Assembly: GCF_001194135.2 (NCBI RefSeq)
Contig: NC_068981.1
Location: forward strand, 95,326,501 to 95,390,500
Direction: 5' to 3'
DNA: 64,000 nucleotides
From: Octopus bimaculoides
Taxonomy: Eukaryota
The translations under genes were made by a program, and so were the position numbers. Position 1 is the first letter of the stretch, and every line of letters begins with the position of its first letter. The notes beneath the pieces are model-generated. The model ran no database searches, had not been told where the DNA came from, and saw only the letters and a list, made by a program, of their open reading frames with translations. Below, piece after piece: positions 13,255-26,437 of the stretch.

Positions 13255-13428
13255 GTTTCAAATTTCAGTACAAGGCCAGCAATTTCGGGGGGGGGGGAGC
13301 AAGTCGATTACATCGACCATTGTGCTCAAGTGGCACTTATTTTATCGACTCTAAAAGAATGAAAGGCAATGTGGATCTCGGGGGATTTTGAACTCAGCGT
13401 GCGAACGATTCTGTCAGCTCACTACCTT
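13255..13428 (-). mobile_element. SINE family A
   Basis: Reverse complement of the family A body and head. Confidence 0.7.
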
Positions 13429-13445
13429 TCTTATAATAATAATAA

Positions 13446-13514
<69 letters not shown>

Positions 13515-13516
<2 letters not shown>

Positions 13517-14110
13517 GGAATATATTCACAGACACGACAGAGCTGCCTATATACACTGGAAGCTATGCCAACACTATGGAATAACAACAGAAAAAAGATG
13601 ATATAAACACACGCCAGAAAAGGTCACAAAAAACGAGAAAGCAACCATACTCTGGGAAATGCCAATACACACAGATAGAGAAATTAAAGCAAATAGACCA
13701 GATATAGTTGTCAAAGATCATGAAGAAAAAAAATGCATTCTAATTGATGTATCAATACCAGCAGATGACAACGTTTCCCTAAAAGAAATGGAAAAACTTT
13801 CAAAATACAAAGACCTGGAAATAGAGGTAACTCGAATGTGGAATCTAAAAACAGAAACAATTCCTATCATAGTAGGTGCCTTAGGTATAATAAAAAAATA
13901 TTCAGACAAATACATAATAAAAACACCAGGACTTACAAATATATATAACATACAGAAAATTGCATTACTGGGCACTGCACACATCCTACGCAAAACACTT
14001 TCAATACAATAACCATAAGAGCATCACAGCAAACCACAGCACATACCCAAGGCACACAGAGCTGCGCTTTGTAGTGAAGTGAAAGCACGTTATAAAAATA
14101 AAACTACTGA
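13515..14110 (+). mobile_element. 5'-truncated R4/Dong-type non-LTR retrotransposon (restriction-like endonuclease domain)
   Basis: ORF 13659..14012 contains RPDIVV...CILIDVSIP...EKLSKYKDL...IPIIVGALG, the PD-(D/E)xK RLE pattern. It is followed by a short 3' UTR and has (AAT)n on both sides. Confidence 0.9.
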
Positions 14111-14127
14111 ACAATAATAATAATAAC

Positions 14128-14336
14128 AATCCTTTCTACTATAGGCACAATGCTTGAAATTTGAGGGGAGGGGGTCAGTCGATTAGCTCGACCCTAGTAA
14201 GCAGCTGGTACTTAATTCTTCGACCCCGAAAGGATGAAAGGTAAAGTCGACCTCGGCGGAATTTGAACTCAAAACATAGCGACGGGCGAAATATCGCTAA
14301 GCATTTCGTTTAGCGTGCTAACGACTCTGCCAGCTC
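14128..14336 (-). mobile_element. SINE family A whose (TTA)n tail hosts the R4/Dong copy
   Basis: Begins aatcctttctactataggcacaa (reverse complement of the SINE 3' end); head ends tctgccagctc. Confidence 0.8.
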
Positions 14337-14369
14337 AATAATAATAATGATAACAACAACAACAACAAC

Positions 14370-14414
<45 letters not shown>

Positions 14415-15375
14415 CACAACAACAACAATAATAGTGGTTTCAAATTTTGGCACAAGGTCAGAAATTCGGGGGAAAGGTAAGTCGATTACATCGACCTCTG
14501 ACTTCAACTGCTACTTACTTCGTTGACTCTGAAAGGATAGAAGATAAAGTCGATCTCGGTGGCATGTACAATGATCATAGTAAACAGTGGATATAAATTT
14601 AACATATGACACTCTCAATAAATAGCTTATAACTACTTCTTTCATATCGTTTGGTAGCTTTATCAGTTCTTCATTTCTTGTACAAAGAATTGAACTTCTT
14701 CCCAGTCTTGCAGATATAACCTCTTACTCACAATTTAGTTTGTCTTTTCTTGCATTTTGCATTGTTTTCAGAAGCCTGCCACACATCGTTTTTATCACTT
14801 CCTCGTTGTCGCAAAACTATGGAATGGGTCTGCTGTTTTAAACAATGGGAGAGAGTCTTCAACTTACTGCTGATTTTTTGAAACCAGCTACGAAGCAATC
14901 ACTTCTGACATTTTGGAGACTGTGACTAGTGATACTCAATAGTACACTTTTGAAATTTCATAGACAGGATGCCATACGATGAGTAGACCTTATCGTCAAA
15001 AGTGAATGTGAATGTGTATAATATAGAAATTCTTGTCTTGCTGACGGTTACTACATATATGTCTGTGATCTGAGGTTGTTGAGCAAATGACCTTGCCTCT
15101 AAGGCGATCCTGGTGCATGCGCATTTATGTTTTCCACTCTATGTTGGTCTAAGAAATGAAAAGTGAAGTCACTCAGTTTAATACTGGTTGCGTTTGTTTG
15201 TATTTGTCAAACTTGGAGAGTTTTGGATAGAAGTTTATCAAAACCTTCTCCTTTCGTAAAAATGTTTTTGTTGTTGATAACCCTCTTCATTAAAACACCG
15301 TTTTTTTTTTTCGAACAATACTGAAATTGATGATAGAAAGGAGGGCTTGTGCGTTTGGTTTTGTTTGGTTGTTGC

Positions 15376-15459
<84 letters not shown>

Positions 15460-15779
15460 CTGTCAGCTTCCATCTAGCTTGCGAATTTGTTTTCTGTAAG
15501 TTTCAGTTTTAAAAACAACGTTCTCAACTTAGAATAATAAATCTCTCCACGTATATGTGGCTTATATAAGTTGACCATAAAAATTACAAAATTGCAGCTT
15601 GTGCACCTTATATCCAAAACCATGGTTATGCCTATCATCGCCATAAAAAGAAACTTCTCTCTCGGTACGATTTGGATAACGCATTGTAGTTTGCTCATGT
15701 GCGCACTGACACATTCGAGAAATCTAGGCGCTACCTGTCAGTTAGTTAGAATCGGTCTCAATAGGTTTCCTGAGCTTTT

Positions 15780-16025
15780 GCATCCTTGCTCATATTGGTT
15801 ATTTACTCACGACCTCAGCCAGCGTGTATGATGTATTTCTGGTCTTCCACTTGTAATGAGTAGATGCACGACTTCAGTCGGGACATAAACGGCCATTTGT
15901 CTGAATAACTGCTTCCTCTGCATTCGACGTTCAGAATAATCGAACAACCAATGGAATCTAACAAGATAACCTGTACTCTGAGAGCCAAACTTTTCCGAAA
16001 CTACATTCTACTTGTTCTAGTTGAT
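15780..16025 (-). mobile_element. Possible L1/Tx1-type AP endonuclease relic
   Basis: Minus-strand LFRQMAVYVPT resembles the xxVYAPN motif; heavily decayed. Confidence 0.3.
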
Positions 16026-16767
16026 TAAAGCAGGAATATTCCTTGTAGTCAATCAAAAGATGAGATTTAACTGGAAGTACTTCTTGCACAAAGTTTTCGA
16101 TACTTCCTTTATATGAGTATTTTGTCAATATTTTATGAACTGTAACAGTTCACGGTTGTCCTTTCGGACTACAATAAAGTTAAGACGTATTTGTAGGCTT
16201 TGTTTCTTGTGGTGCTGTTGCGGACGCTCTTGTTGCTGTCTTTACTTATGTTTTTTGTAGCTTTAGTTATTGCTGCTCTTGCTGTTGCTGGAGTTAGCTA
16301 ACTGGTAGGTTCTTAGATCTCTTACCTCTCTCTTACAGGACTTTTCCTTCTTGGTGCTAACAACTTTTCATCCTTTGGCGTCTGTATCATCGCTTGACGA
16401 GAAGTTGGAGGTTAGCATATGCTCGTACATGTTTATGTTTATATTGCTCTGATCGAGTAGAGATATATGATCATAGTAATTCCATCCGTGACCATTTTGT
16501 ATTTTAAAGAGTATCTGAATTAGAGTAATCAGCCACATAGAGATACCCTCATTAGTGCATGTGATTGCTGCCGATGTTTCAATCATTAGTTACGATGTTA
16601 CTGTTGCTGCTACTTATGCTGTTGTGTTGATACCTTTCCTACCTTTTTGGTGTCAGAAGGCTCTCAGAAGATTAGTGTTACCGTAGATATAGTACAAGAA
16701 CATTCTATCATATTCGACATCGTACAATGTAGTTGGGTGCATCTGTCGATAGATGCTTCCTATTGTA

Positions 16768-17001
16768 AGGCGGCGAGCTGGCAGAAACGTTAGCACGCCG
16801 GGCGAAATGCTTAGCGGTTTTTTGTCTGCCGTTACGTTCTGAGTTCAAATTCCGCCGAGGTCGACTTTGCTTTTCATCCTTTCGGAGTCGATAAATTAAG
16901 TACCAGTTACGCACTGGGGTCGATGTAATCGACTTAAATCCTTTGTCTGTCCTTGTTTGTCCCCTCTCTGTTTAGCCCCTTGTGGGCAATAAAGAAATAA
17001 G
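16768..17001 (+). mobile_element. tRNA-derived SINE, family A (best-preserved copy)
   Basis: A-box-like tggcagaaacgttagc and B-box gagttcaaattcc, with body gtcgactttgc...tttcggagtcgataaattaagtaccag; many other copies in the window. Confidence 0.85.
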
Positions 17002-18434
17002 ATGTTTTTGAAGTCTGCAATTTCAGTGCAGTCTCTTTAGACGACCTGAAATTGATCACGTCTACACATTCACCCGCTTATCCAGAGTTGGCAGCACATT
17101 ATTGAAGGTAAGTTTGGATACTACGTAAGAGGATACGAAGTTAAATTACTTTCTGACATACTGACCAGTAGAGTGTTTCTAAGCTTTGTATTTGTAAAAC
17201 AATGCCTCTATAATAAATTCGTACAGTATCTCTATTGGGACATCCCCCAAAGCAATATTCGCCCCGTTTAAGTATTTTTACAGCGTTCCCGGTGTTCTTA
17301 TCTATTTTAGTTTTTCGGCTAACTCACATATATTTTGAAATTTTGCTTTATTTCATACACTGACGTTAAGATATCGTTATTTTTGTGCGCGATGTAGGAC
17401 GTCACTCGTTTCATACTTTCTTCCTTGGACACCAAAGAAATATGGACGCAGGATCTTGTTCTGAGAAATAAGCCTTCCGTTTATGATTATTTTTGTTATT
17501 TTTTTTGTTTCTTAATCCCGAGCTGACTCTAGTTGAGCTTCACAAAAGGCATTCCAGCCATAACTATCAAATGTATCCTCTTATATTTGTAAAATGGTAC
17601 TCTGTGATTTAAGGTTATTCTGCAATTGTTGTGCTAGTGGTAATAGTAAATCAACTGTCGCTGCTAACAACAGTGATAGAGGAGGTGTTGATAGTGCTAA
17701 TTCTGCTGTTGTTGTTGACTAGTCCGATCTCGGTTGTGATAAAGCAGACTTATGATCAAAGTGTTCCAGCCATGGCCATCCTATCTTATTTTCAGACTAC
17801 ATTATCCAGTCTCTTCTTTTTTTTTAAAGATGTTGAGATCTTAGTTTGAGGAGAATTTTGTCTTTATTTCTAGCTTTGACTCGGTGATTTTGTTTAAACC
17901 CGGGTCAGTTCTGATCGAGTAGTCCTATGATGAAAGGGGTAGCAGCAATAACCATCAATGTCTTTTCAAACGGCGTATCTTGGACTACATTAGCCAACGT
18001 ATACTTCCATTTTTAATACGATGATTTGAGAGGTATATTGCTGTTAATTCAGCAAGTTGAGTGACCACGTAATGTCGTCTTCGCCGGCTTGTTGTATTGT
18101 TGTTGTTGTTGCTTGTTGATGGTGTCATTGATTTTAAGAATACTGCTTCTAATGTTATTGCCATGTGTCACGTTCTAGGTGTTGACGATGACGGTACCCT
18201 AGTTAATCATCTGCCTCTGTCACTCTTTGTTTCCTACGCTGTCTTTTTTCAGCGTTTTTCTTTTGCAAATTTAAAAAAAACCCTTTTTTTTTACTGAAAT
18301 AGAAATAATTTTCTCTTTCTGCCCCGCTAAAGGGGCGAGGAGAGGAACCGACCATCTCTTTCGGGTAGTGATCAGTTCCCCATCAAAATAAAAAAAAAAA
18401 AGAAAGCCACGAACAACACTCAAACTGAAAGTAA

Positions 18435-18646
18435 TAATGGTTTCAAATTTAGGGACAGGGCTAGTTGTTTTTGAGGGGACGGGGAAGTAGATCGACCCCA
18501 ATACTTAACTGGTACTTATTTTATCAACTTCGAAAGGACGAAACGCACAGTCAACCTCGGTGGAAATTGAGCTCAGAACGTAAAGACAAATAAAATGCCT
18601 CTAAGCATTTTGTCCGGAATGCTGATGGTTCGCCAGCTCACCGCCT
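18435..18646 (-). mobile_element. SINE family A
   Basis: Full body and head in reverse orientation. Confidence 0.75.
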
Positions 18647-18674
18647 GGTCTGAAAGTAATAATAATAATAATGA

Positions 18675-18730
<56 letters not shown>

Positions 18731-18760
18731 ATAATAATAATAATAATAATGATAATAATA

Positions 18761-18797
<37 letters not shown>

Positions 18798-18806
18798 TAA
18801 TAATAT

Positions 18807-19684
18807 AATAAGAAATTACCAAAAACACATAATGAAAAGAAATATAACAAGTAACTGTAGAATATGTGGAGATCGACAAGAAACAATAAATCATATTATC
18901 TCTGGCTGCCCAGTCCTGGCTAAGAAGGAATATATTCACAGACACGACAGAGCTGGGACCTATATACACTGGAAGCTATGCCAACATTATGGAATNNNNN
19001 NNNNNNNNNNNNNNNNNNNNNNNNNNNNNNNNNNNNNNNNNNNNNNNNNNNNNNNNNNNNNNNNNNNNNNNNNNNNNNNNNNNNNNNNNNNNNNNNNNNN
19101 NNNNNNNNNNNNNNNNNNNNNNNNNNNNNNNNNNNNNNNNNNNNNNNNNNNNNNNNNNNNNNNNNNNNNNNNNNNNNNNNNNNNNNNNNNNNNNNNNNNN
19201 NNNNNNNNNNNNNNNNNNNNNNNNNNNNNNNNNNNNNNNNNNNNNNNNNNNNNNNNNNNNNNNNNNNNNNNNNNNNNNNNNNNNNNNNNNNNNNNNNNNN
19301 NNNNNNNNNNNNNNNNNNNNNNNNNNNNNNNNNNNNNNNNNNNNNNNNNNNNNNNNNNNNNNNNNNNNNNNNNNNNNNNNNNNNNNNNNNNNNNNNNNNN
19401 NNNNNNNNNNNNNNNNNNNNNNNNNNNNNNNNNNNNNNNNNNNNNNNNNNNNNNNNNNNNNNNNNNNNNNNNNNNNNNNNNNNNNNNNNNNNNNNNNNNN
19501 NNNNNNNNNNNNNNNNNNNNNNNNNNCATACAGAAAATTGCACTACTGGGTACTGCACACATTCTACGCAAAACACTTTCAATACAGTAAACATAAGAGC
19601 ACCACAGCAAACCACAGCACATACCCAAGGCGCACAGAGCTGCGCTCGGTAGTGAAGTGAAAGCACGTTATAAAAATAAAACTA

Positions 19685-19689
<5 letters not shown>
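18807..19689 (+). mobile_element. Second copy of the same R4/Dong-type LINE (gap inside)
   Basis: CCHC knuckle CRICGDRQETINHIISGC and RHDRAGTYIHW upstream of the gap. The C-terminus (IQKIALLGTAHILRKTLSIQ) matches the 13.5-kb copy and the 3' UTR is nearly identical. Flanked by (AAT)n. Confidence 0.9.
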
Positions 19690-19772
<83 letters not shown>

Positions 19773-21300
19773 GGCACATAAATCGTTGTTGTTAGAGAAT
19801 TCGGCAGCTGAAACCAAAAAGTAGACAAAACATAAACAGCAAAATCTTATGTCTGAAAGTTTACAAAGCGTTCTGATAGCGGAAACAGCCAGAAATTGGT
19901 CATAAAAAGGCGTTTATTAAGAAATTGCTTTTTGTTCTATTCTCAAAATTTGTGTACGAAAAATATAGACTTGGAATAAATATGCTAACAATGATTCATA
20001 ATAATTAATAAAATCTGAACTGAAGAAAAAAACAAAACAAAAAACAAACAAACAAACAAGACAATCTCGTTAGTTGTAAGGCATTTTTGTTCAATTACTA
20101 GGAGACTGTTTGTTTAAGTTTTAAAGAGAATTTTCCAGACAAGCGCCATGTTACGCTATGCTGTATCTTCTGTGTGACTGCTAGAGCCATTATCTGCTCA
20201 GTGTTGTTTATTATCAATGTCATCACTGAAACAACATGTTCAGTTGGCGTCGAATTGGGATCGGATAGGCCATTTACTGTCTCCCTTCTCATTCCCCATT
20301 TCATTTATATCAGAACATAGTGCTTCGCTGCTAACAAATGTGATTGGCTGTCATTTTATTAACAATATCCTCTAGTTCTGTCAGTCAACCGTAATATTTC
20401 CACCCATATACCTATTTGATATCGTCAGCATTTTCTTTTACATGCCACTTTTTGTTTTTGGAATCAAGGTTGAACTAAAGTATACGTTGCTTTAGAAAAG
20501 ACAAGTTGATGTCAAAAATATTTCAACAAACTTAAAATCTCTGACCTAAAAGAAATTCCCAGAAGAATAACCACAAATACCTCTTAATCCGTTTCGTAGA
20601 ATAATTTTCAGCTGATACATTGAAGAAATACTATTATGTTTTAATACGTTTCATACGTGATAAAATGGGGTGAAATATAGAAAATTGAGGTTTATAGCAC
20701 TTAAAAATCTAGCGATAGGTCTCAAATAAAGTAAAAAAAAAAACATGACATCAAGCTGGTTAAATGAAACCTTAAATACTTAAAAGACATGATTTCAGAA
20801 GTCAACTCCTTACCGCAACATCTCTCATAACCGTAAAATTAACATATCAGCATCTAATAGCGGTTTTTATAGTTTTACTAATTTTAAGAAAACATCTTTT
20901 ATAATGATAAATATTTAAGAATGGGGTTCATGTAAGAATATGAAATAAAAGTATGCCATATTTAAAAGCACAAAAGACAGATCTATTCCATCTCAATCAC
21001 AGATTTTTTAAATTAATTTTTTAAAACTAAACAGTTTGAAACTTCGAATACTGGTAGAATTTCTCACGTAGAACACGGTTTACTCTGAACGATTTTGACA
21101 AAATTTCGTGTTTTAGAAGTTATTTCGTGTTAAAGTTGTCGTATTTGGGTAATTTTAACCAATCAATGACGTGTATTTAACTGCTGTTTGCGGAAGAGCA
21201 ACAACTTCTGGGTCATCTCTACTAAATGCATTTGGATATTTTTATTTACTGCCTGTGATTATTTTCACCACTCTGTTCTATTTTATTTTTGTATACTTGC

Positions 21301-21449
21301 CTGCGTTAATTTCGTGTTTTATTTTCAACAACTTTTGTTTACTTGTCTGCGTTAATCTCGTGTTTTATTTTCACCAACTTTTGTTTACTTGTCTGCGTTA
21401 ATCTCGTGTTTTATTTTCACCAACTTTTGTTTACTTGTCTGCGTTAATT
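21301..21449 (+). repeat. 46-bp tandem repeat, about 3.2 copies
   Basis: Unit ctgcgttaatctcgtgttttattttcaccaacttttgtttacttgt, continuous with the inner end of the left TIR. Confidence 0.9.
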
Positions 21450-23299
21450 TGTATGTGTTACACCTGTCTGGTTATTTTTTTATATGCACCTCTGCCCGAA
21501 CTGTGTATGTACTGCCATGAAATCTTACAGTGCATTTCAAAGTTTAATATTCCGCATTAAAATTGATTTAATCTTGATCCGTTTGTATTGTTTTTCCTTT
21601 TGTGTACATCGTATACATGCCTCATTACGAGTTAGGTTAGGGTTAGAGCTATGGTTTAGAATTAGGGTTAGAGAGCATGCTAAAGTGTAAATGGCCACGT
21701 ATACTGTATGCTAAAGTGGCACTAAAGATTAATTGAAACAGATTACCTATCAGAAATTAAGTCATGAAAGGGTTAGCAGCGTCAAAACGCTTTACTTCAC
21801 ATTTCTATGTTTCTGAGGGCAATGAAATAAAATACTAGAAAATTACTGAGTCAGTATAGTTGACTAATTGTGTCATCCTATAAAATTTCTTGCTTTGCGC
21901 CTTTGTTAGACATTTTTATTAGTACTATTATTTTAGTACGAGCAAGAGAAAAAAATGGTGTTCAGAGAACATCTGCAGGCTTTCCCAAATTGTTAATGTG
22001 GATGTAGACGATGTTTTTTTCAACTTCTGTAAATTAATGTCTGAAGAAAAGTGATTCCTTGTAGAGGGTGCCATTCTAGAGAGATGTGGTTGGATAAAAT
22101 ATTTAGTATAAGGTTTGAGCTGTGAGACATGTTAAAGAGGATGATGTGGGCTCAGTATCCTTGGCTTTTGCATTCCTTCTGAGATGAAAAGCAAGAGCTG
22201 TTCCTATGGTCTTTGCAGGCTACTCAAAACTGATAAGATCGACACTGTTGATCTTGAATAATATCATGTTGATGGCTGCAGAAGAAAAAACATGAGCAAG
22301 GAAGGAATTTCATAAAGCTAACAATCTGGTAAGAAAGGATTGAAAACAGGTTAATGCTTGGTTTGCAGGTGAAATACAACCTACGTGAGCTTCGAACCTC
22401 TCGTCGCCAGATGCTGTAACGTGATTTGTATCCAATATAGTAGTACCACCACTATTGGGATAATGACCTACGATACACGGTACCAGTGTGATAAATAGTA
22501 AGATAACAATGCAGCAGCGATCAGAACGTAGCAATCCAACAAGCTCATACGAACCAACAATAAATATTCCAAATGAACAAACCAACTGACACTTTCCAAC
22601 TTCACTGTGAAATAACACAAACTTCTACGAACCCTATATATTCTCTCGGTTCAGTCCATTGCTCACAAGAGGGTATCTTAACTCTCATCACAACACTGAG
22701 ATTGTAAGAGGTGACTTGTGGTTACTAACTCTGGTCTTGAAGGAGTATCCTGTTCCACCGACATATCTCCATTTATTTATTCTTACGGTTTTGTTATTGC
22801 TGTCATTGCTGTTATTACTGCCTGGTACTGGCATTTATATGAACACCATAGACAAAAGACAAGTATCAAATACCATAATACATAAATTCTTTATTTATTA
22901 AAATTATCTTCGATTGTAGAAGAAGTATCATAATTACCAAATGATAATCGATTAGCATATTCAATATTCAGATATACCAGAACATATTAAAAATAAAGTT
23001 ATCATTTTGATTCTTGCAATTCATTGTGTACACGAGGATTTAACATCATTTGAGAGATACCATCTCAGATCAACAAACCATTTCTGGTCTCTCTGCTGTC
23101 ATCACACACTCTGCAGTTCTCCCCCGATGTCTACACACCTTAGTTTACTGAGTATTCTCTGCATTCACATTTACTGTATACAAAGTACTTGCCTCTGGTG
23201 TTGGTACAATGACATACAGCACCCACTTCATGTTCTATCGAGAACAAACTGTTTGACATGGAGCTGGCTAGCAGGGAGCTGTCAAGACTACAATTGTCT

Positions 23300-23628
23300 G
23301 TTGTGGCATGGTTTCTATGACTAGATGCCTTCCCTAAAGTCGTGCTTTTTATATGCCACTGGCATGGGTGCGTTTACACAGCACCAACACCGGTGCTTTA
23401 ATGCAGCACTGGCATCGGCACTTTTTAAGTGGCACCAGCACCTGAAAGGACAAGCCTGTATGTGTGGAAGACAGTGATTTTATTTAGCTTGACACATCTT
23501 ATCATGTATAGTAAATCACCACATTTCCCAGTCCCTTGTCCTCTCCTCAGTGAGGCCTAGCATCTAAAGATCCTTTTTCACCACTCTGTCCCACATCTTC
23601 ATGGATCTTCCTCTTCCACAATTAAAGC

Positions 23629-23630
<2 letters not shown>
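23300..23630 (-). mobile_element. RTE-type LINE 3' end inside the long-TIR element
   Basis: Minus-strand translation CGRGRSMKMWDRVVKKDL*MLGLTEERTRDWEMW matches the RTE GRGRP..TW...V..DL pattern and is followed by a 3' UTR-like segment. Confidence 0.65.
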
Positions 23631-23687
<57 letters not shown>

Positions 23688-24392
23688 CGGTTGGTGAAAA
23701 TGAATCCTGAAATTAATGCAGGCAAGTAAACAAAAATAAAATAGAACAGAGTGGTGAAAATAATCACAGGCAGTAAATAAAAATATCCAAATGCATTTAG
23801 TAGAGATGACCCAGAAGTTGTTGCTCTTCCGCAAACAGCAGTACATTTAGTTAAATACACATCATTGATTGGTTAAAATTATCCAAATACGACACCTTTA
23901 ACACAAAATAACTCCTAAAATACGAAATTTTGTCAAAAACATTCATTGTAAAACGTTCAGAGAATTCGAAGTTTCAAACTGTTTAGTTAAAAGAATTAAT
24001 TAAAAAAATCTGTGATTGAGATGGAATAGATCCCAAAAGACATCAGAACTAGATACTTTTATACATGAACATTGACTCTGACTGCTCATCCAAACATAAA
24101 CCACTGTTATAAAATCCAATCTAAAAAAGAACTTCGGATTCTTCAATAGGTTACCTTATCTCAGTAATAAAATATTTAGGACGAAAGAAGTTCAGTTGCT
24201 TTTCAGAGCTATTTGAGTGCGAATGATACAGAAATAAAATGACTAAGTAAAATCTATAAATTATTAAGAAATTGTAAATTGGAATTCCCCTTGTTAATAA
24301 TTATTCCACCTATAGACAATAGAAAATTACTTGAAAAATATAGAAAATAAAATTGAAACTAGGAAATATATTCAAAAGGATTTGTGTAATCC

Positions 24393-24599
24393 TGGTTTCA
24401 AATTTTGGCTCAAGGCCAGCAATTTCGGGTAGGGGATAGGCTGATTACATCGATCCTACCATTCAACTGCTACTTATTTAATCGACTCCAAATGGATGAG
24501 AGGCAAAAATTGACATCATCGGAATTTGAATTCAGGACGTAAAGACAGACACAATGCCGTTAAGCGTTTTGCGCGACGAGCTGACGATCCTGCCAGCTT
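24393..24599 (-). mobile_element. SINE family A
   Basis: Full body and head in reverse orientation. Confidence 0.75.
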
Positions 24600-25999
24600 G
24601 TTTGTATGACTTACATGATGTTAAAAATTTAACTAATAAACAGGAAAATTGTCAACTTTCCCCAGCTATATATTAGATTGGTCATACATTTGTCACAATA
24701 TTCCGATAGCTTACCATACCTTTATAGTAACGATGTGTAATATGAAATATCAAATAAGATTAGACTGTGAAACACTTGTAATGATTGAGAGGAATTCATG
24801 CAAATTTAGCGATATACTGAATGGATGAGAGTTGGAAGTTGTTTCTAATTAATCATGTTTTTTTGTTTAATGATTACACTGGACATAATCGTTCAGCAGG
24901 GAACGGCAGGGAGTGAATGCAAGTTCTTTCTGTATAGTGGTGTAGAAATCATGAAAGACGTTGACTAAAGAAGTAAACACTGAATAATTTTGTGCTTTAA
25001 CCCTTAACCGGTAAACACACCAACTGATGATTTACTAGAGAACAACAGACATCATGAATTGATGTCTAAAAATTGTACATGGATACAGTCATCATAAAAG
25101 GGAAGTGAATATTGTAAGGCGCTTTTCGATGAGATTGTAAATTTTATTGTACAAAAAACTAACAATTAGGATAGTTTTTGTATTAATTTAAAGCAAAAAT
25201 CAGTATGAAAATTACCCTTAAGAGAAATATGTATTTTTTTACTTTTGCTCCTTTAGCGCACACCTTCATGCAACCCTTTCTGCTGGTTAAGAGTTAGAAT
25301 ATGTAAATATCCTTTTTTCTTAATACAGTTAGCTTGGTTTTAGGTATAGAGTGCGCCAAATATTTGTATTTGCTAAAAAGTGTTCTGGTTATAGTAGTGA
25401 TTCGTTACTACTGTAAACTTTTATTTCATCTCTCCTCTGAACTAAGTCGCTTTTCTCATAAATAGTGAGTAGTCTGAAGGTCACACGTTTTAACTAGAAG
25501 GAAATGAGTTTTATTCCCCTGACCATTAACAATACTGGCAAAATGAAACAATCACATCTAGGATATTGGAACCCCTTTACAGATTGGCGTAAATGTTAGA
25601 TAGAAATATGCAGTAACCCGTATCGTAATAACAGACAATGTCAAATGAATTGTGAAGATTATGTTACAGAATTTTGAATTTCAAAATGCAAATAATATCG
25701 ATTATTAATGATATTTAGCTGTGGAGTAAGGCTACAAATTCTGAAGAACGATGTTATCAATTTAATCCAATACAATACCTGAGTAGATTACTGGAAGAGA
25801 GCAACGCCCAATATCGATATATTTCTTTGGCATAAGGACAATCTTCTAAATGAGGTGTTTTTCTGATACTTACTTTGTTGACTCTCACTGTAACAAAAAC
25901 TAAATACTTTGATGTATTTCTATTCTCTCCGTTCCGATTTTGATATCTCACCTTCCACAGAACAACAAATGAAAAGGAATATTAAAAGAAAGCAATTAC

Positions 26000-26153
26000 C
26001 TTTTATCTTTTACTTGTTTCAGTCATTTGAATGCGGTGCTTATTCTATCGATTGTCTTTGTCGAACCGCAAGGTTACGTGGACGTAAACATACCAACACC
26101 GGTTTTCAAGTGGTGGTGATGGACAAACACAAACGCAAAGACACAAACGCAAA

Positions 26154-26212
<59 letters not shown>

Positions 26213-26437
26213 NNNNNNNNNNACACACACGCACACACACACACACACACGCACGCACACACACATACACACACATGCACGATGGGCTTCTTTCAGTTTC
26301 CGTCTACCAAATCCACTCACAAGGTTTTGGTCGGCACTCACCTATAGTAGATGACATTTGCCCAAGGTTTCACGCAGTGGGACTGAATCCGAAACCATGT
26401 GGTTGGGAAGCAAGCTTCTTACCACACAGCCACGCCT
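26000..26437 (-). mobile_element. tRNA-derived SINE, family B (CORE-like segment, internal (CA)n)
   Basis: Minus strand has head gtggctgtgtggtaagaagcttgcttccc...ttcagtcccactgcg, a CORE-like ccttgggcaaatgtc segment, (TG)n, and tail tgactgaaacaagtaaaag. Confidence 0.8.

Larger units (their letters stand above)
20979..24033. mobile_element. Non-autonomous long-TIR DNA element (MULE/Foldback-like), about 3.05 kb
   Basis: Inverted repeats of about 350 bp at 20980-21330 and 23690-24032 (ORFs 21171+ and 23564- translate almost identically). The direct repeat CAAAAGAC(A) lies just outside both ends, at 20971-20979 and 24034-24042. Confidence 0.7.

Noticed and set aside
16768-16860. tRNA-like A and B boxes
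   Set aside because: They are SINE heads with no cloverleaf or acceptor stem, not tRNA genes.
18595-19666. Long ORFs spanning N-runs (also at 41.7-42.4, 44.1-44.8, 55.5-56.4, 56.8-57.6 and 62.4-62.9 kb)
   Set aside because: Their length comes from assembly gaps translated as X. Only the R4/Dong portion and the chitinase exon parts are real.
21301-21449. CRISPR-like regular repeat
   Set aside because: It is a head-to-tail tandem repeat with no spacers, in a eukaryotic context, with no cas genes.
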